A stretch of 34,483 nt of DNA from Octopus bimaculoides (taxonomy: Eukaryota). Positions 33,313 through 34,483 of the stretch are shown in pieces (the stretch's first letter is position 1; the number at the start of each line of letters is the position of its first letter). The stretch is from NCBI RefSeq assembly GCF_001194135.2, contig NC_068997.1, forward strand, positions 40,390,335 through 40,424,817. Direction: 5' to 3'. The translations under genes and the position numbers were made by a program. The notes beneath the pieces were generated by a model that worked only from the letters and a program-made list of their open reading frames with translations, did not search any database and had not been told where the DNA came from.

Positions 33313-33559
33313 TATATGTGTATAAATTCATATACATACGCGCACACACACATATAATGTTAGAGAAGGAAGCTGGTGTTTGTGTGTATATATACACATC
33401 AAAAAACGGTAACATATACACCTNNNNNNNNNNATGTGTATAAATTCATATACATACGCGCACACACACATATAATGTTAGAGAAGGAAGCTGGTGTTTG
33501 TGTGTATATATACACATCAAAAAACGGTAACATATACACCTATTTTATACATAGACTCT

Positions 33560-33570
33560 GTTTCTGTCTG

Positions 33571-33618
<48 letters not shown>

Positions 33619-33796
33619 ACCCTCTCTTTCTCTGTCATCCACACACAATCACAAACACACTTGCACACACACATATGTATGCCACACACATACACGCTTG
33701 CAAGCATGCAAGCACACACAACCACACACATACACACACACGCGCGCACACACAATATATGCTCACACGCATTTTGAAAAGATGGATAGACAGACT

Positions 33797-33830
<34 letters not shown>

Positions 33831-34069
33831 CAGACTGAGGTAGAGAGAGAGAGAGAGAGAGAGAGAAAAGAGTGATAAACAGTTGTGTGCTTGTATTTGT
33901 TTTATACGAAATAAAATATTTACAATTGTGTGCGCGCGCGTGTTTATACATACATACATACGTTCGTACATACATGCATACATACATACGTACATAATAC
34001 ACATACATAGTACACACTTACATACACACACACACATACATACACACATACATACATACATACATACAT

Positions 34070-34120
<51 letters not shown>

Positions 34121-34122
34121 CA
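33560..34122. repeat. Compound (CT)/(CA)/(GATA)/(GA)/(CATA)/(GACA) microsatellite block
   Basis: Direct reading. Confidence 0.9.
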
Positions 34123-34299
34123 GCTAAGAAAAGAGTAGAAAAAAACAGTCTTAAGAATGTTATAAAATTCTTGGAATGGCGTTGATCTAATTTTGTTGTA
34201 AATATTATTTCTAGACACAAGCCAAACAATGTTACCTCCCCTGGCAAGGAAGGCAGACTGATACGCTGTAGTCAGGGAGACAGTAGTTGTAACGCCGTG

Positions 34300-34483
34300 C
34301 TGGATATGGTGCTGGTAGTGGTGGTGGGAGAAGGGGGCGTCGTTGGTGGCAGCGAAGGTAACAATGGTGGTGGTGGTGATGGTGGTGGTGTGGCTGAAGA
34401 AAGTGGCGTTGTTGATGGCTGCGATGGTAATGATGCTGCTGACGATGTTGATAATGATGTTGATGATGAGGATGTTGATGGTG
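34300..34483. repeat. Degenerate (GGT/GAT)n trinucleotide low-complexity tract running off the window
   Basis: Direct reading. Confidence 0.85.

Noticed and set aside
33315-33540. Identical ~107-bp direct repeat on either side of a 10-N gap
   Set aside because: Exact copies flanking a placeholder gap indicate an unmerged contig overlap, i.e. an assembly artefact.
1-34483. Most long ORFs in the ORF track ([20 protein letters not shown] and X-runs)
   Set aside because: They are translations of microsatellites or N gaps, with no coding signal.
34228-34483. Open His/Pro-rich and Thr/Ile-rich frames ending at a GAG|GTAACA donor-like site
   Set aside because: Degenerate trinucleotide repeats are open in several frames by composition; the 5' context lies outside the window.

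Overview
AT-rich, microsatellite-saturated eukaryotic draft-assembly scaffold with 11 N-gaps, almost all next to simple repeats. The repeat repertoire suggests a coleoid cephalopod, most likely Octopus (inference). I could not confidently identify any host protein-coding gene, RNA gene or CRISPR array; most ORF-track entries are microsatellite or N-run translations. The window is mostly decayed mobile DNA: a 5'-truncated Penelope-like element (RT + GIY-YIG, minus strand), an R4/Dong-clade LINE sitting in (TAA)n plus a convergent 3' fragment, CR1-group and RTE-like LINE fragments, Tc1 and mariner-type transposase remnants, hAT remnants and about a dozen tRNA-derived SINE copies. The most notable signals are (i) four minimal type-I hammerhead-ribozyme-like motifs from three repeat families, one next to a ~65-bp-arm palindrome, and (ii) a ~450-bp RTE-like mini-element joining a three-hairpin leader to C2H2 zinc-finger codons. 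None of the ribozyme folds or family assignments has been computationally verified; all come from manual reading.
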